DNA of 64,000 nt from an uncultured Bacteroidota bacterium (GTDB taxonomy: Bacteria > Bacteroidota > Bacteroidia > Chitinophagales > Saprospiraceae): positions 2,377 to 66,376 of the forward strand of contig CAIZLM010000076.1 of assembly GCA_903933805.1 (NCBI GenBank), in the 5' to 3' direction. The translations under genes were made by a program, and so were the position numbers. Within the stretch, counting starts at the first letter, position 1. Each line of letters begins with the position of its first letter. The notes beneath the pieces are model-generated. The model had not been told where the DNA came from. It saw only the letters and a program-made list of their open reading frames with translations, and did no database searches. Shown here one piece after another: positions 10,711 to 20,986 of the stretch.

Positions 10711-12516
10711 ATGAAAGCAACACCTTTTCTACTCTTCCTATTTGCGGCAAGCTTCTGTGCGGTGCCGTTGAAAGCGCAATTGCCGCACCTGATTTTCCAC
10801 GCGGAACTCAATGGTTCCGAACAGATTCCAGCGGTCACCACCGCAGGCAGGGGTCTGATTACCCTGCTCTACAGCCCCGACCGGACCAAGGTAACGGTTT
10901 CGGGATTGCTTGTCGATCTGGATGGTGATGTTACAGCGCTGACCCTACACATAGGCAAAACAGGAGAAGTGGGAGCGGAATTGCTCGATCTGATGCCGGT
11001 CGTTCACGGACGGGAGTTGTTTGGCGAAGTGGACGTTCCTCAGGCACTCCTGCAAAACCTGCTTCCTGATCGTGCTTATGCCAGCGTGAGTACCACGGTC
11101 CACCCTGATGGTGCGTTGCGGGGGCAATTTATTTGTGAAACAGATTTAGATTTCCGGGGTATTTTGACGGGCGGTGAAGCCGTTCCCGCCAACAGTTCGG
11201 TGGGTATTGGCTTTGGCGGCATTCACTTTCCCACCGGCTCTGAGGATATAGTGTACGCTTTTTTACTCAAGGACCTCAGCAGTCCCATCACGGAAATCGG
11301 TATTTACGAAGGTCTTCCAGGCCAAAATGGTCCTTTGGTGCACCTGATGACCGGGTTTGCCGGAGGGTTTGTGCAGGGGTTGATCGAACTTACTGCCCTG
11401 CCCCCTGATTTTCTTCGGCTCGCCCGCGAGGGGCAGTATTACGTGGCGGTAAAAACGGAGTTATTCCCCGAGGGAGAACTTCGCGGACAGCTCGGCTTTT
11501 TGGGGTATTTCACCTCCTTCGCTCCGGTGAATGCGGCGCAAAATGTTCCCAATCAAGGATCGTCTCCAGGCTTCGCGTTCAGCCACAATGTGCTCAATCA
11601 AACGATCGACAGTCTGACCACCACAGTTTTTGTCAATGGCATCACCCCGGTGACGGTGGACATCCGCACATCTGCTCCTGGAACCAATGGGCCTGTTTTT
11701 CAAACGCTGGATCCCACAGCTACACCGAGCATATTTAGAAAAACATACCCACTTGACGCCCTGCACCTCACTGATTTTGCACAAGGACGACTTTATGTGA
11801 GCGTCACCACCGCGGCGCGCCCCAACGGCGAGATTCGTGGCCAAATGAAAAACAGCCTTCGAAAAGGCTATGCTTTTGATTTGTGTGGTGAACAAGTGGT
11901 GCCACCGACCGCCACACCTGCCTTTGGGGTTGGCATGGCCTCTGTGGATCAGGCGAATTGCTACCTCCACTATAAAGTAATTTACGGCCACCTGAGTGGG
12001 CCTGCAACAGCTGCGTACATCTGTCAGGCTTTCCCGACGCTGAATGGCAGCGCCATTTACCCGATGCCAGTCACGCAAACCATTATTCCGGGTGATCAGG
12101 AAATTATGGCGGCCGATGGTGTAGCCATCGAACTCGGGGAAACATACGTCATCATTCAAACGGATACATTTCCCAATGGAGAAATCAGGGGCCAAATTGG
12201 CCGAGGACTCCGCTGCCCGGCACAATCAGGGCTGTCAGAACAGCAAGCCTATGTTCGTAAGGTGACAGTTTCGCCTATTCCTTTTAAGGATGTTTTATCG
12301 GTGAGCTTCGACAGTGAAGCCGCATTTGATGCGCACATAGTGCTCTATGATATGCTTGGTATTCGCACCTTGGAGTACCCGGTACACCTTGTTGTCGGAA
12401 ATCAAACGTTGACTATTCCAACCGAGCAGTTGTCTGGTGGATACTACACCATGGTATTGGAAAACCCCACTACTGGAACCGTGATGTTGTTAAAAAAACT
12501 GATAAGACAGTACTAA
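10711..12516 (+). CDS. four-CHRD-domain secreted protein with T9SS type-A C-terminal domain
   Basis: Signal peptide, then four repeats ending DGALRGQ / EGELRGQ / NGEIRGQ / NGEIRGQ (CHRD signature). The C-terminal ~80 aa are Por_Secre_tail-like. Confidence 0.75.
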   Translation: MKATPFLLFLFAASFCAVPLKAQLPHLIFHAELNGSEQIPAVTTAGRGLITLLYSPDRTKVTVSGLLVDLDGDVTALTLHIGKTGEVGAELLDLMPVVHGRELFGEVDVPQALLQNLLPDRAYASVSTTVHPDGALRGQFICETDLDFRGILTGGEAVPANSSVGIGFGGIHFPTGSEDIVYAFLLKDLSSPITEIGIYEGLPGQNGPLVHLMTGFAGGFVQGLIELTALPPDFLRLAREGQYYVAVKTELFPEGELRGQLGFLGYFTSFAPVNAAQNVPNQGSSPGFAFSHNVLNQTIDSLTTTVFVNGITPVTVDIRTSAPGTNGPVFQTLDPTATPSIFRKTYPLDALHLTDFAQGRLYVSVTTAARPNGEIRGQMKNSLRKGYAFDLCGEQVVPPTATPAFGVGMASVDQANCYLHYKVIYGHLSGPATAAYICQAFPTLNGSAIYPMPVTQTIIPGDQEIMAADGVAIELGETYVIIQTDTFPNGEIRGQIGRGLRCPAQSGLSEQQAYVRKVTVSPIPFKDVLSVSFDSEAAFDAHIVLYDMLGIRTLEYPVHLVVGNQTLTIPTEQLSGGYYTMVLENPTTGTVMLLKKLIRQY

Positions 12517-12523
12517 AATTGGC

Positions 12524-12571
12524 GTTAACTGGGCTTTTTTGTCTCAGACGCGACCACGGCTAACCAGCTAC
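12524..12571 (+). repeat. MITE minimal derivative (48 bp)
   Basis: gttaactgg-gcttttttgtctcagacgcgaccacggctaaccagctac. Confidence 0.6.
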
Positions 12572-12604
12572 TACTTTTCAACAACGGTATTTGCCCAGGC
12601 GCTT

Positions 12605-13879
12605 TTAGCTTTTGGGTCTAAGGTTGTCGTGTTGAATGATCATGGCGGGCAGGTTTGGCGTAATTTTTCGGGGTCGTTTTTGCTCGTATTCTAGAACCGC
12701 GCGGCCCAGTTTGCCTAGAAATGGGAATCCGATGGATTCATAAGCATATTGGTCGTCGTTGAAGATACCATCGGGGTTGCAAAGGATGGTGGCAGAGAGC
12801 ATAAATTCGACTTTTTTTTCGTAATCAACGATGTACGCCACATCGGTGAGGGTTCCGTAGGCCTCTCCAACCTTGTTAAATGCTCGAAGTGTTCCGCGTT
12901 GTTGTTCTTTGCTGTCACCCAACAGCAAAAATTTGACATAACCGTCGTAAAAAGTGGAATCGTAAACTGGCCAGTCACATTCCCGGGGGAATATCCCCAT
13001 ATAATGCCTTAAAAACGTGTAGTCATCGGCCCGAAGGTGAAAGCGTTGCTGTTTCGGTACACAGTCCGGAAATAAAATGGCCCGCAGCATATTGTCCATG
13101 TCTGTGAGTGAGAACCAATTTTTTTTGTTCATCTCAAAAGGTTGGCGGACAAGACTGTCGGCGGGATTGTAGTAGCCGGTTCCTTTTTTTGTGTGGTGCT
13201 GGGGGTTGTTCCAAATCAGGGGGGCGAATTTTTCTGGCTCTTGGAAGACGGTGCCGGAGGAGTCGTAAAACGTGATGGGGCTGGCGTAATGGTTGTCGCG
13301 TCCTGGGTAGTTGAAACGGTGGACGATTCCGGTGTGTTGGTAGCCTTTTTCGCGGAGTTTTTGATTGATGTAATCGCGTCCCAGAAACTCAAACAGGTGG
13401 TTGTACGCCAAGTTGTCGCTCACGGTGAATATCTGTCGGATATCTTGAGCGATGCTGGGCTTCCCTCCTGGTGCATCGGGTGCAATCGTCAGGTTTTGTT
13501 GGAATTCCCTGGTGGAGTCTATCTTGTAAAAGGTTTCTTTGGAGAGATTTGGCAAGCCGGCATCTCGAAGATCGTTTATTTTTTCGAGTGACAACAGGGC
13601 GAGTGGCATTTTTACCATGCTGGCGGGGTAAAAATAGCGTGAGTTATCAACGTTCCAGCGCCAAGTTTTGAAGTGCGGCTGTTGTGCCGCATCGCGGTCA
13701 ATCTGGGTGTAGATAACTTGCACTTCGTATACGTCTGGTTGTAGCAGGAGGCTGTCAAAATCGGCGGCATGGGCAGCGAGGATTTTTTCCAAGGGATTGG
13801 ACGCTATTTTTCCGGTGATTTTCGGGGTTGTTGCGCAGGCAGCAAGCAGCGTCAAGAGAAGGATGGGAATGTATTTCAT
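12605..13879 (-). CDS. class-A beta-lactamase-like serine hydrolase lipoprotein
   Basis: Lipobox LLAAC, plus SMVK (SxxK), SDN and KVG (KTG-like) motifs in the expected order. Confidence 0.6.
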   Translation of the reverse strand: MKYIPILLLTLLAACATTPKITGKIASNPLEKILAAHAADFDSLLLQPDVYEVQVIYTQIDRDAAQQPHFKTWRWNVDNSRYFYPASMVKMPLALLSLEKINDLRDAGLPNLSKETFYKIDSTREFQQNLTIAPDAPGGKPSIAQDIRQIFTVSDNLAYNHLFEFLGRDYINQKLREKGYQHTGIVHRFNYPGRDNHYASPITFYDSSGTVFQEPEKFAPLIWNNPQHHTKKGTGYYNPADSLVRQPFEMNKKNWFSLTDMDNMLRAILFPDCVPKQQRFHLRADDYTFLRHYMGIFPRECDWPVYDSTFYDGYVKFLLLGDSKEQQRGTLRAFNKVGEAYGTLTDVAYIVDYEKKVEFMLSATILCNPDGIFNDDQYAYESIGFPFLGKLGRAVLEYEQKRPRKITPNLPAMIIQHDNLRPKS

Positions 13880-13932
13880 AGCAAGTGATGGATGTTACGC
13901 GGGGCAAGTTCTATTTTTTTCTTTATTTTTTG

Positions 13933-14096
13933 GTAAATGGTTAGCGTGTTCGCGTCTGAGACAAAAAAGTGCCCATTTTTTTGCCAGACGAAGCGGATTA
14001 TATAGGCCGTAGCAGCCGCTACGGTCAAAAAAATGGGAGAAGCATGGCAGAAAATGGACCTTTTGGGGCCAGACAGCGTGCCATCTAACCAGTTAC
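13933..14096 (-). mobile_element. MITE-like element, full length, inverted orientation
   Basis: gtaaatggttagcgtgttcgcgtctgagacaaaaaagtgccc ... ggccagacagcgtgccatctaaccagttac. Confidence 0.85.
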
Positions 14097-14287
14097 TATT
14101 ATTGAAGGCAATGCGGAGTTTCGGCTGAATGAACGATGACCGTTGGTTGGAATGGCCAGCGCCATGCTATGAACACCACCACGATGCTTATGCGTCGGTG
14201 CGTTTGGGCGGTGTCTTTGTGGGGCGCCCATGTCTTTTTGTTGCCCCGGCGCCGTACCTTTGTGGAGTTTTCTGAAATACTTGAAGT

Positions 14288-15004
14288 TTGAAAGAGACAA
14301 TCAAAAAAATACTCAAAGCGCTCCCTTTCGTTTTCACGAAAAACCAACGCTACGACCGGCTTACACAGCAGGTTATCCGCCACGTTTGTCGCCCCGACAG
14401 CCATTGTGTGGATGTAGGTTGTCACAAGGGTGAAATACTTGATTTGTTGTTGCAAGCTGCGCCACTGGGTATCCACCATGGTTTTGAGCCTATTCCGATT
14501 TTATTTCACAACTTAGAACTTAAATATGCTGGCCGCTCTAATTGTCATCTATACGACGTAGCGTTGTCGAATCAGCGGGGCACTTCGAGTTTCAACTATG
14601 TGGTGAGCAATCCATCTTACAGTGGGCTCCTCAAGCGAAAGTATGATCGGCCACATGAAGAGGACACACAAATTACGGTGCGCACGGAAAGGATGGATGA
14701 TTTTTTTCCATCGGATGCGCGCATAGATTTGATAAAAATTGACGTAGAGGGGGGAGAGTTGATGGTGTTGGAGGGGGCAGTGAACACCCTGCGTCGCTGT
14801 AAGCCCGTGGTAATATTTGAGCATGGACTTGGCGCCAGCGATTTATACGGCTCTACACCGGAGAAGGTATTTGATTTGTTGGAGGGCTGTGGATTGCGGG
14901 TATCGCTGTTGGATCGTTTCCTGAAAAACGCGCCACCCTTCACGCGGGAGGCCTTCGCGCGGCAATATTACGATCAACACAACTACTACTTTGTGGCGTA
15001 TTGA
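14288..15004 (+). CDS. FkbM-family methyltransferase
   Basis: VDVGCHKGE SAM-binding region and IDLIKIDVEGGELMVLEGA, typical of FkbM. Only a TTG start is available in frame. Confidence 0.7.
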   Translation: MKETIKKILKALPFVFTKNQRYDRLTQQVIRHVCRPDSHCVDVGCHKGEILDLLLQAAPLGIHHGFEPIPILFHNLELKYAGRSNCHLYDVALSNQRGTSSFNYVVSNPSYSGLLKRKYDRPHEEDTQITVRTERMDDFFPSDARIDLIKIDVEGGELMVLEGAVNTLRRCKPVVIFEHGLGASDLYGSTPEKVFDLLEGCGLRVSLLDRFLKNAPPFTREAFARQYYDQHNYYFVAY

Positions 15005-15098
15005 GGCGCGTTATTGGTATGCAATATCAATGGACACGGCACTAGCCTATTCAATGGATCGCTGCATTGGCGAGTAATTTTCTGGTAGCGTTGGCGAG

Positions 15099-15566
15099 TT
15101 ACCAATCTTCGAGGTCGAGGAATTTGCGCTGTTTGTCGCGTCTGTTGCGAAGTTCTGCTTCAATGTCGTTGCGGGTAAGGTCGAGTTGCCCTTTGGTTTT
15201 AAAATGGCGGTTGGAAAAAACAAACATGACCAAAAAACCTATGAAACTGACGGATGAAAGCCCACAGGCGGCAATAGCCAAGACAAAAAAGCCCAAGAGA
15301 TGCGCTACGATGCCGAGCAATACCCAGCCTGCACCTGCTGCGCCAACGGAGAGTGCAATTCTTTGAAAACGTTGTTGGAGGTTTAGCTTTTCGCAGACCT
15401 TAGAGTGTAACTCCATCAAATAATCGGAGTCGTAATGTTTGGCCCCCAAATCATTCAACAGGCACAACTCGTCAGACGCTTCGCTTTCGAGGCGTTCGAA
15501 GATGTCCGGCGCTTTTTTTTTGCGAAACATGGCGTGATAAAGTTGATAAAATGGGTTTCTCTGCAC
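15099..15566 (-). CDS. hypothetical membrane protein
   Basis: 155-aa ORF with two hydrophobic helices (GAAGAGWVLLGIVAHLLGFFVLAIAACG..., FIGFLVMFVF). No recognisable family. Confidence 0.5.
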   Translation of the reverse strand: MQRNPFYQLYHAMFRKKKAPDIFERLESEASDELCLLNDLGAKHYDSDYLMELHSKVCEKLNLQQRFQRIALSVGAAGAGWVLLGIVAHLLGFFVLAIAACGLSSVSFIGFLVMFVFSNRHFKTKGQLDLTRNDIEAELRNRRDKQRKFLDLEDW

Positions 15567-15583
15567 AGTAGTAAAGGATAAAA

Positions 15584-15661
15584 GTTAACTGGTTAGGTTG
15601 TACGCTGTGTGGCACAAAAAGCCCCGCTTTTTGTCTTAGAATCTACCACTTAACCAGTCAC
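15584..15661 (+). mobile_element. MITE short (~78 bp) derivative
   Basis: gttaactggttaggttgtacgctgtgtggcacaaaaagcc...ttgtcttaga...cttaaccagtcac. Confidence 0.7.
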
Positions 15662-15846
15662 AAATTAATACCAAACAGACAAACGGATATTTCACACAGC
15701 ATGGTTGCGCTGCGCCGTACAAAATTACAACATTAAGTCTTAATTTCGAAACAGAAATTTTTACATAAAACTATCGGGGCTTCTTGTGCCGCACTCAGTG
15801 AATGACAGCACTTGGTAAATGCACTGTTGTTGCGAAAATATACACC

Positions 15847-16194
15847 ATGACCATTGAGCAAGCACAAAAAACTGTTGATGATTGGATCCAAACCATTGGA
15901 ATCCGTTATTTTTCAGAACTGACCAATACCGCCATTCTTGCGGAAGAAGTGGGGGAGGTTGCTCGCCTCATGTCGAGGTTGTACGGCGAGCAGTCGTTCA
16001 AAACACCTGAGCAGGCCGCTACCGCTCCTGCCGAACTCGCCGATGAGTTGGCCGATGTATTGTTTGTGGTGATCTGTCTGGCCAATCAAACCGGGGTAAA
16101 CCTGACCGAGGCTTTTCAAAAAAACCTAGAAAAAAAAACCAACCGAGATGCCAATCGGCATGCCAACAACGAAAAATTATCGACGCCTGCCTGA
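15847..16194 (+). CDS. MazG-like nucleotide pyrophosphohydrolase
   Basis: ATG at 15847. EEVGEVARL ... ELADELADVLFVVICLAN is the EExxE / ExxD MazG-domain pattern. Confidence 0.75.
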   Translation: MTIEQAQKTVDDWIQTIGIRYFSELTNTAILAEEVGEVARLMSRLYGEQSFKTPEQAATAPAELADELADVLFVVICLANQTGVNLTEAFQKNLEKKTNRDANRHANNEKLSTPA

Positions 16195-16285
16195 AACCAC
16201 ACACATCATTGCACCTTTTTACGACTTTTGGCGTTTGCTAGTATCCATTCATCATCCGACAAACCACGGTCTGATACCTCCTGTC

Positions 16286-19200
16286 ATGAAGAAGCTCATT
16301 TTTGCGGGCATTACCCGCACCCTTTTGTTGATTGCCGTCATCCTCTTTCAGGGGGTATTTTTCGGCAGCCTTGCGGCGCAAGTCCCAGCGAAGTTCTCCG
16401 ACAACCCCACTGAATTTGTGGAAAAATTGGGAGAATTTATGACAGCTTCCAAGCGCCCTGATATGGAGGAAACCTTTGCTGCTTTTAAAAAATTATACCG
16501 TACGGGAGGTTTTAAAGACAGTGAAATAAAGCGCATTACATTGATTTCCAATATTTTAGGCGCGCAAAATCTCGCTTCATTCCCCTACTATAAAGACTAT
16601 ATCAACGCGGTGATTGCGGCCAAAAACAATCCCGATACGTTGCTTTTTACCCGTTGGCAAACTTTTGCGGAAACGGTACTTGGCGGCATTGAAAAAGGGC
16701 GTACCAAGCCCATTTCTCAGTTTCTTGAATTCTCCAGTGATCTTTTGACAGCACGCGCGCTCAAGACAGGCGAGGGCGGCGCCGTTACGTGGAGAATCAG
16801 TGGTGGCAATTTTGACTTTGACTATGTGGACAAAGCGCCCATACTCTTATGCCGGGATGTTGACCTGATTGGCGCCAGGAAACTGGACTCTGTGATGGTA
16901 ATTAAAACATCCGGTGTATTCTTCCCGTACGACAACATCTGGAAGGGTGCAGGCGGCAGCGTATCTTGGGAAGAAACTGGCATGGATCCCTCCATTCATG
17001 TCGTGCTTGGCCAGTACAAAGTGGAGGTTAACAAGCCACTATTTCAGTGTGATACCGCCACACTGTACTACCCACTCTATTTTAAAGAAGGCATCAAAGG
17101 GCGTTTTGAACACAACGTGGTGGTCAGTCCTAAAAGTGCTTCCGCGAAAGCAGATTCTTTGCGCACATTCCAGTTTCCACGGTTCGAATCTTTCGAAAAA
17201 CGCTTAAAAATCAACAATATAGGCAGTGGGATTGAATATTTGGGTGGGTTTAAGCTATCGGGCAACTCCCTGTATGGATACGGTTCGGGTTCCGAGCAGG
17301 CCCAGATGACGGTGTACAACAAAAAACACCAGCGAATATTCTTTGGCAAAGCGTCGTTGTTCATCATCAAGCGCGGCGTGAGTGTGATCGGCGAAGCCGT
17401 GGATGCCAAACTTTACATGGACACCGACAGCCTCTATCACCCGGCCGCTACGCTCCGGCTCGACATACCCAAGCAGGTGATCACCCTTGCGCAAGGTGAA
17501 AAAGGATCTGAACAAAACCCCTTTTTCTCTTCTTTTTACAACATGAGCCTCAACACCGATCGAGTCGCCTGGTACATGAACCAAGACTCGTTGGAAATAG
17601 GCTCCCACACCGGAATCAAGGGTACCCAGGAAACAGTGAGTTTTGAAAGTAGCAACTACTACGATGCCAATGTGTACCAAAACATCCAGAACATCGCCTC
17701 GCAAAACCCAATCTCTACCCTCTACCGCGTCTGGCAAAAAACGGACCTTGACAAAGAAGAAAATGGCCGGTTCGTCACGGACAACGCATTTGCCTTTGAA
17801 ATCAACGAAAAATTTGATTATTCCAGCCTTCAAACCCTGCTGGGTCAGATGGTAGAGGAAGGGTTTATCAACTATTACTTTGACAGGCATCAAATTGAAC
17901 TTCGCGACAAACTGGTGCACTATGCGCTGGCAAGTCAGGGGAAACGCGACTTTGACGCCATCAACATCGTATCAGAAAGCGCAAAATCCAACGCCAAGCT
18001 TGACCTTGTAACAAAGGAAACGCAGATTGATGCCGTAAAAAAATTGGATCTCAGCAAGCGCCAGAAAGTGGCATTGTTGCCTGAAGAGAAGCAACTCACC
18101 CTCCTCAAAAACCGTGATATGCGCTTTGGCGGGCGGTTGTACGCTGGAATGACGTTGTTTCAGGGCAGTAATATGCGCTTTACCTACGACAAGTTTCAGG
18201 TAGAATTTGACTCCGTGCGCCACCTGGATTTTTATATTCCCACCGGGGAATTCGACAACAACAAACAACCCATTGCCAATGCCATGAGTTCCAACATTGA
18301 GCAATTGAGCGGTGCGTTGCTCGTAGATGCTCCCAACAACAAATCGGGTAGGGAAGACCTCGGAATATTCCCCTCCCTTCAGTCGAAAAAGAACTCCTTT
18401 GTTTATTACGACCGAAAAGACATCCAGGCAGGTGCTTACACCCGCGACTCCTTTTATTTTAAACTCGACCCTTTTTCCTTCAATGGCTTGGACAGTTACA
18501 CCAAGGAACAGCTGAAATTTAAAGGTGAATTTTTTCCGGCAACCATTTTCTTGCCAATCAAAGAGACCATTGTGGTGCGTGATGAAGACAAGTCCTTTGG
18601 TTTTATTCACCGCACCCCGCCGACCGGTTATCCCACATACACAAAAAAAGGCAATTATACGGGTGAGCTCGACCTGAGCAACAAGGGCTTGCGCGGCAAG
18701 GGTATCCTAGAGTATCTTACCGCCGACATCGAGTCGGAGGATTTTATCTTCCGACCAAAACAGACCACCGGAACGGCAAAGAAGTTTTTCATGACCGAGG
18801 ATCGTGCGAGTGCGGTCAAATTACCCCAGGCAAAGGGGGAAAATGTATCGGTCAACTGGCTGCCCTTCAAGGATTCGATGTACGTACAGAGCAAGGCCAA
18901 GGATTTTGATTTGTTCAAGGCCGCGGGATACACCCACAAAGGCGTATTGATTTTGACGCCATCGGGCTTGAAAGGCCGCGGTGAGTTTGAATGGGCAGAG
19001 GGTCGGTTGACCTCGAAAATTATTTCTTATGGGCCGTTTCAGGCGAGTGCCGATACGGGCAACCTAGAGATCAAGGCGCTCAACAACAAGGGGATCGCTT
19101 TTGACTCGCGGAATGTGGATGGCGAATTGGATTTCGACGCTCAAAACGGCCACTTCAAAGCCAATTCGGAGGATGCGACCACCACCTTGCCCCTCGACCA

Positions 19201-20878
19201 ATACCGCACGTCGATGAATGAGTTCACGTGGGATATGAGGCGCCAGACCATCGAATTTAAAGCCGATGCCAAGCGGCTTGGCAAGTTTATCTCCATCGAT
19301 AAAGCGCAGGATTCACTCGCGTTTGAGGGTAAAACGGCCCTATACGACCTTAAAACCAATCTTCTCCGCATCGGTGGTGTGAAAATCATCAACACGGCCG
19401 ATGCGTATGTGTACCCCCCGGATACCGCGGATATTTTTATCCAATCGGGGGGGGCTATGCGCCAGATTCACAATGCCCGCATCGAAGCCGATACCCAGAG
19501 CAAGTACCACACCATCAACCGTGCTACGGTGGATATTTTGGGAAAAAACGTGTACAAAGCAACAGGATTTTACCAATACAATATTCCGGGGTACGACCAG
19601 GAAGTCTTTTTCAACAACATCAAAGGCGACCTTCAGACCGATAAAAGCTACCATCGGAGTGTGATTACCACCGCCGCTGGCGATATCCCGGAAAAAGACT
19701 CTTTCCGCATGGATGTGAAGACTTTTTTCAACGGGAAAATGATCCTTGAAGCCAGTAAAAAAAATATGCGCTTTGAAGGCTACGCCGTCTTGGATGCTGA
19801 TAAATTGCCTGCTCGACAGTGGTTTACCTTGTTTGCTGAGGTAGATAAAAACGACCCCACCTTGCGGGTCAAAAACGCCAAAAACGCCGACGACGACCCG
19901 ATGGTGGCGGGTTTTTATATTTTCCGGGAAACCGGTGAGGCATACCCACGTGTGATGCTTCCGGCGCTCTCCCGCGTAGATCGCCCACTCATAGATTGTA
20001 AAGATGTGATCAAATACGACGCCAAAACGGACCGATTTACCTTTGGCGACTCTCTGCGCGTCGTAGGTGGTGCCGAAAAAGGAGCCAAAATGGTCTTTGA
20101 CAACAGGGTAGGAACCATACAGGCTGAAGGGCCCATCAACATCGGCTCGGGGTTGGAATACATGAAAATCAAAGCGGCAGGCCGGCTCAAATCCGACTTC
20201 AATACCGTGACCGACACCACAACATTTGAAGTGACCGGCGAAATTATGACAGGCGTCGAACTGCCCATCCCCAAAATACTGCTGGATCTGGTGGTCAATG
20301 ACCTGAAACTGGCCAGTTTTGACGCCCCTGGGGCCGTGTACAACACCAACAGCGCCTTTTACCAACCAACCGTCCACGAGTTTGTCAGTGAAGAAAAAGA
20401 ATGGGCGGAAATGCAGGCAAATTTGCGGATCAACGCCATTTTATTGCCCAAAAAAGACGATAAATTCACCTTCGTATTCGGTCGGCATGCCGTGCGCTGG
20501 AACAACGAATATGCTGCCTTTGTCACCATGGATGACAAATTTCCCCTGATCAGCATTGCAGGCCAGCCCATCAACAAAAACCTGACGATGTTTATCTCTT
20601 ATAAAATGCCTGGGGGCGGTGAAGACAAGTTTTCCCTTTACCTCAAAGCCTCTCCCGACCTATGGTATTTTTTCAGCTACCAACCCAACCCGGATGGTGG
20701 CGCCGATCTCAACGTGGTGTCGAGTAGTACCAAGTTCAATGACTTGATGCTCAGCATGAAAGCAAAAGACACCAAGATTAAAATGCCGGATGGGAAAATA
20801 GTGGAAGTGGCTTTGGTGAATGCTTCCAGTGCTGAATCGCTGGTCAATTTTGTGCGGTCAGGCAGAACAACGGAGTAA
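16286..20878 (+). CDS. uncharacterised 1,530-aa secreted/anchored protein
   Basis: Long uninterrupted ORF. Start placed at MKKLIFAGITRTLLLIAVILF (hydrophobic N-terminus). No family motif recognised and no T9SS C-terminal domain. Confidence 0.7.
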   Translation: MKKLIFAGITRTLLLIAVILFQGVFFGSLAAQVPAKFSDNPTEFVEKLGEFMTASKRPDMEETFAAFKKLYRTGGFKDSEIKRITLISNILGAQNLASFPYYKDYINAVIAAKNNPDTLLFTRWQTFAETVLGGIEKGRTKPISQFLEFSSDLLTARALKTGEGGAVTWRISGGNFDFDYVDKAPILLCRDVDLIGARKLDSVMVIKTSGVFFPYDNIWKGAGGSVSWEETGMDPSIHVVLGQYKVEVNKPLFQCDTATLYYPLYFKEGIKGRFEHNVVVSPKSASAKADSLRTFQFPRFESFEKRLKINNIGSGIEYLGGFKLSGNSLYGYGSGSEQAQMTVYNKKHQRIFFGKASLFIIKRGVSVIGEAVDAKLYMDTDSLYHPAATLRLDIPKQVITLAQGEKGSEQNPFFSSFYNMSLNTDRVAWYMNQDSLEIGSHTGIKGTQETVSFESSNYYDANVYQNIQNIASQNPISTLYRVWQKTDLDKEENGRFVTDNAFAFEINEKFDYSSLQTLLGQMVEEGFINYYFDRHQIELRDKLVHYALASQGKRDFDAINIVSESAKSNAKLDLVTKETQIDAVKKLDLSKRQKVALLPEEKQLTLLKNRDMRFGGRLYAGMTLFQGSNMRFTYDKFQVEFDSVRHLDFYIPTGEFDNNKQPIANAMSSNIEQLSGALLVDAPNNKSGREDLGIFPSLQSKKNSFVYYDRKDIQAGAYTRDSFYFKLDPFSFNGLDSYTKEQLKFKGEFFPATIFLPIKETIVVRDEDKSFGFIHRTPPTGYPTYTKKGNYTGELDLSNKGLRGKGILEYLTADIESEDFIFRPKQTTGTAKKFFMTEDRASAVKLPQAKGENVSVNWLPFKDSMYVQSKAKDFDLFKAAGYTHKGVLILTPSGLKGRGEFEWAEGRLTSKIISYGPFQASADTGNLEIKALNNKGIAFDSRNVDGELDFDAQNGHFKANSEDATTTLPLDQYRTSMNEFTWDMRRQTIEFKADAKRLGKFISIDKAQDSLAFEGKTALYDLKTNLLRIGGVKIINTADAYVYPPDTADIFIQSGGAMRQIHNARIEADTQSKYHTINRATVDILGKNVYKATGFYQYNIPGYDQEVFFNNIKGDLQTDKSYHRSVITTAAGDIPEKDSFRMDVKTFFNGKMILEASKKNMRFEGYAVLDADKLPARQWFTLFAEVDKNDPTLRVKNAKNADDDPMVAGFYIFRETGEAYPRVMLPALSRVDRPLIDCKDVIKYDAKTDRFTFGDSLRVVGGAEKGAKMVFDNRVGTIQAEGPINIGSGLEYMKIKAAGRLKSDFNTVTDTTTFEVTGEIMTGVELPIPKILLDLVVNDLKLASFDAPGAVYNTNSAFYQPTVHEFVSEEKEWAEMQANLRINAILLPKKDDKFTFVFGRHAVRWNNEYAAFVTMDDKFPLISIAGQPINKNLTMFISYKMPGGGEDKFSLYLKASPDLWYFFSYQPNPDGGADLNVVSSSTKFNDLMLSMKAKDTKIKMPDGKIVEVALVNASSAESLVNFVRSGRTTE

Positions 20879-20986
20879 TTCAGCAAAGTTTTTTTATCGT
20901 TGGACAACCCAAAAAGAAGATGCTGCGTCAAACCTTCACTCCCCAGCATTCACTCGAAAATAATTTGAAAAATTAACTTGTTCTAT

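Noticed and set aside
11461-12225. 254-aa ORF antisense to the CHRD protein gene
   Set aside because: Shadow ORF. Arg/Cys-rich junk translation.
14099-14479. 126-aa minus-strand ORF overlapping the FkbM gene start and a MITE
   Set aside because: It overlaps a motif-supported gene and repeat DNA, and has no features.
16148-16285. N-terminal extensions offered by the ORF track (16148, 42799-44169 upstream part, 53748, 39884-40072, 28599, 1152-2978)
   Set aside because: In each case an internal ATG is followed by a signal peptide or a family-typical N-terminus. The extensions overlap neighbouring genes, MITEs or gene remnants, and several start at TTG/GTG.
17255-18610. 221-aa and 212-aa ORFs antisense to the 1,530-aa gene
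   Set aside because: Both lie inside a single 4.6-kb uninterrupted sense ORF and have no recognisable features.
19340-20377. 345-aa ORF antisense to the 1,530-aa gene
   Set aside because: Same reasoning. The sense frame is continuous and far longer.
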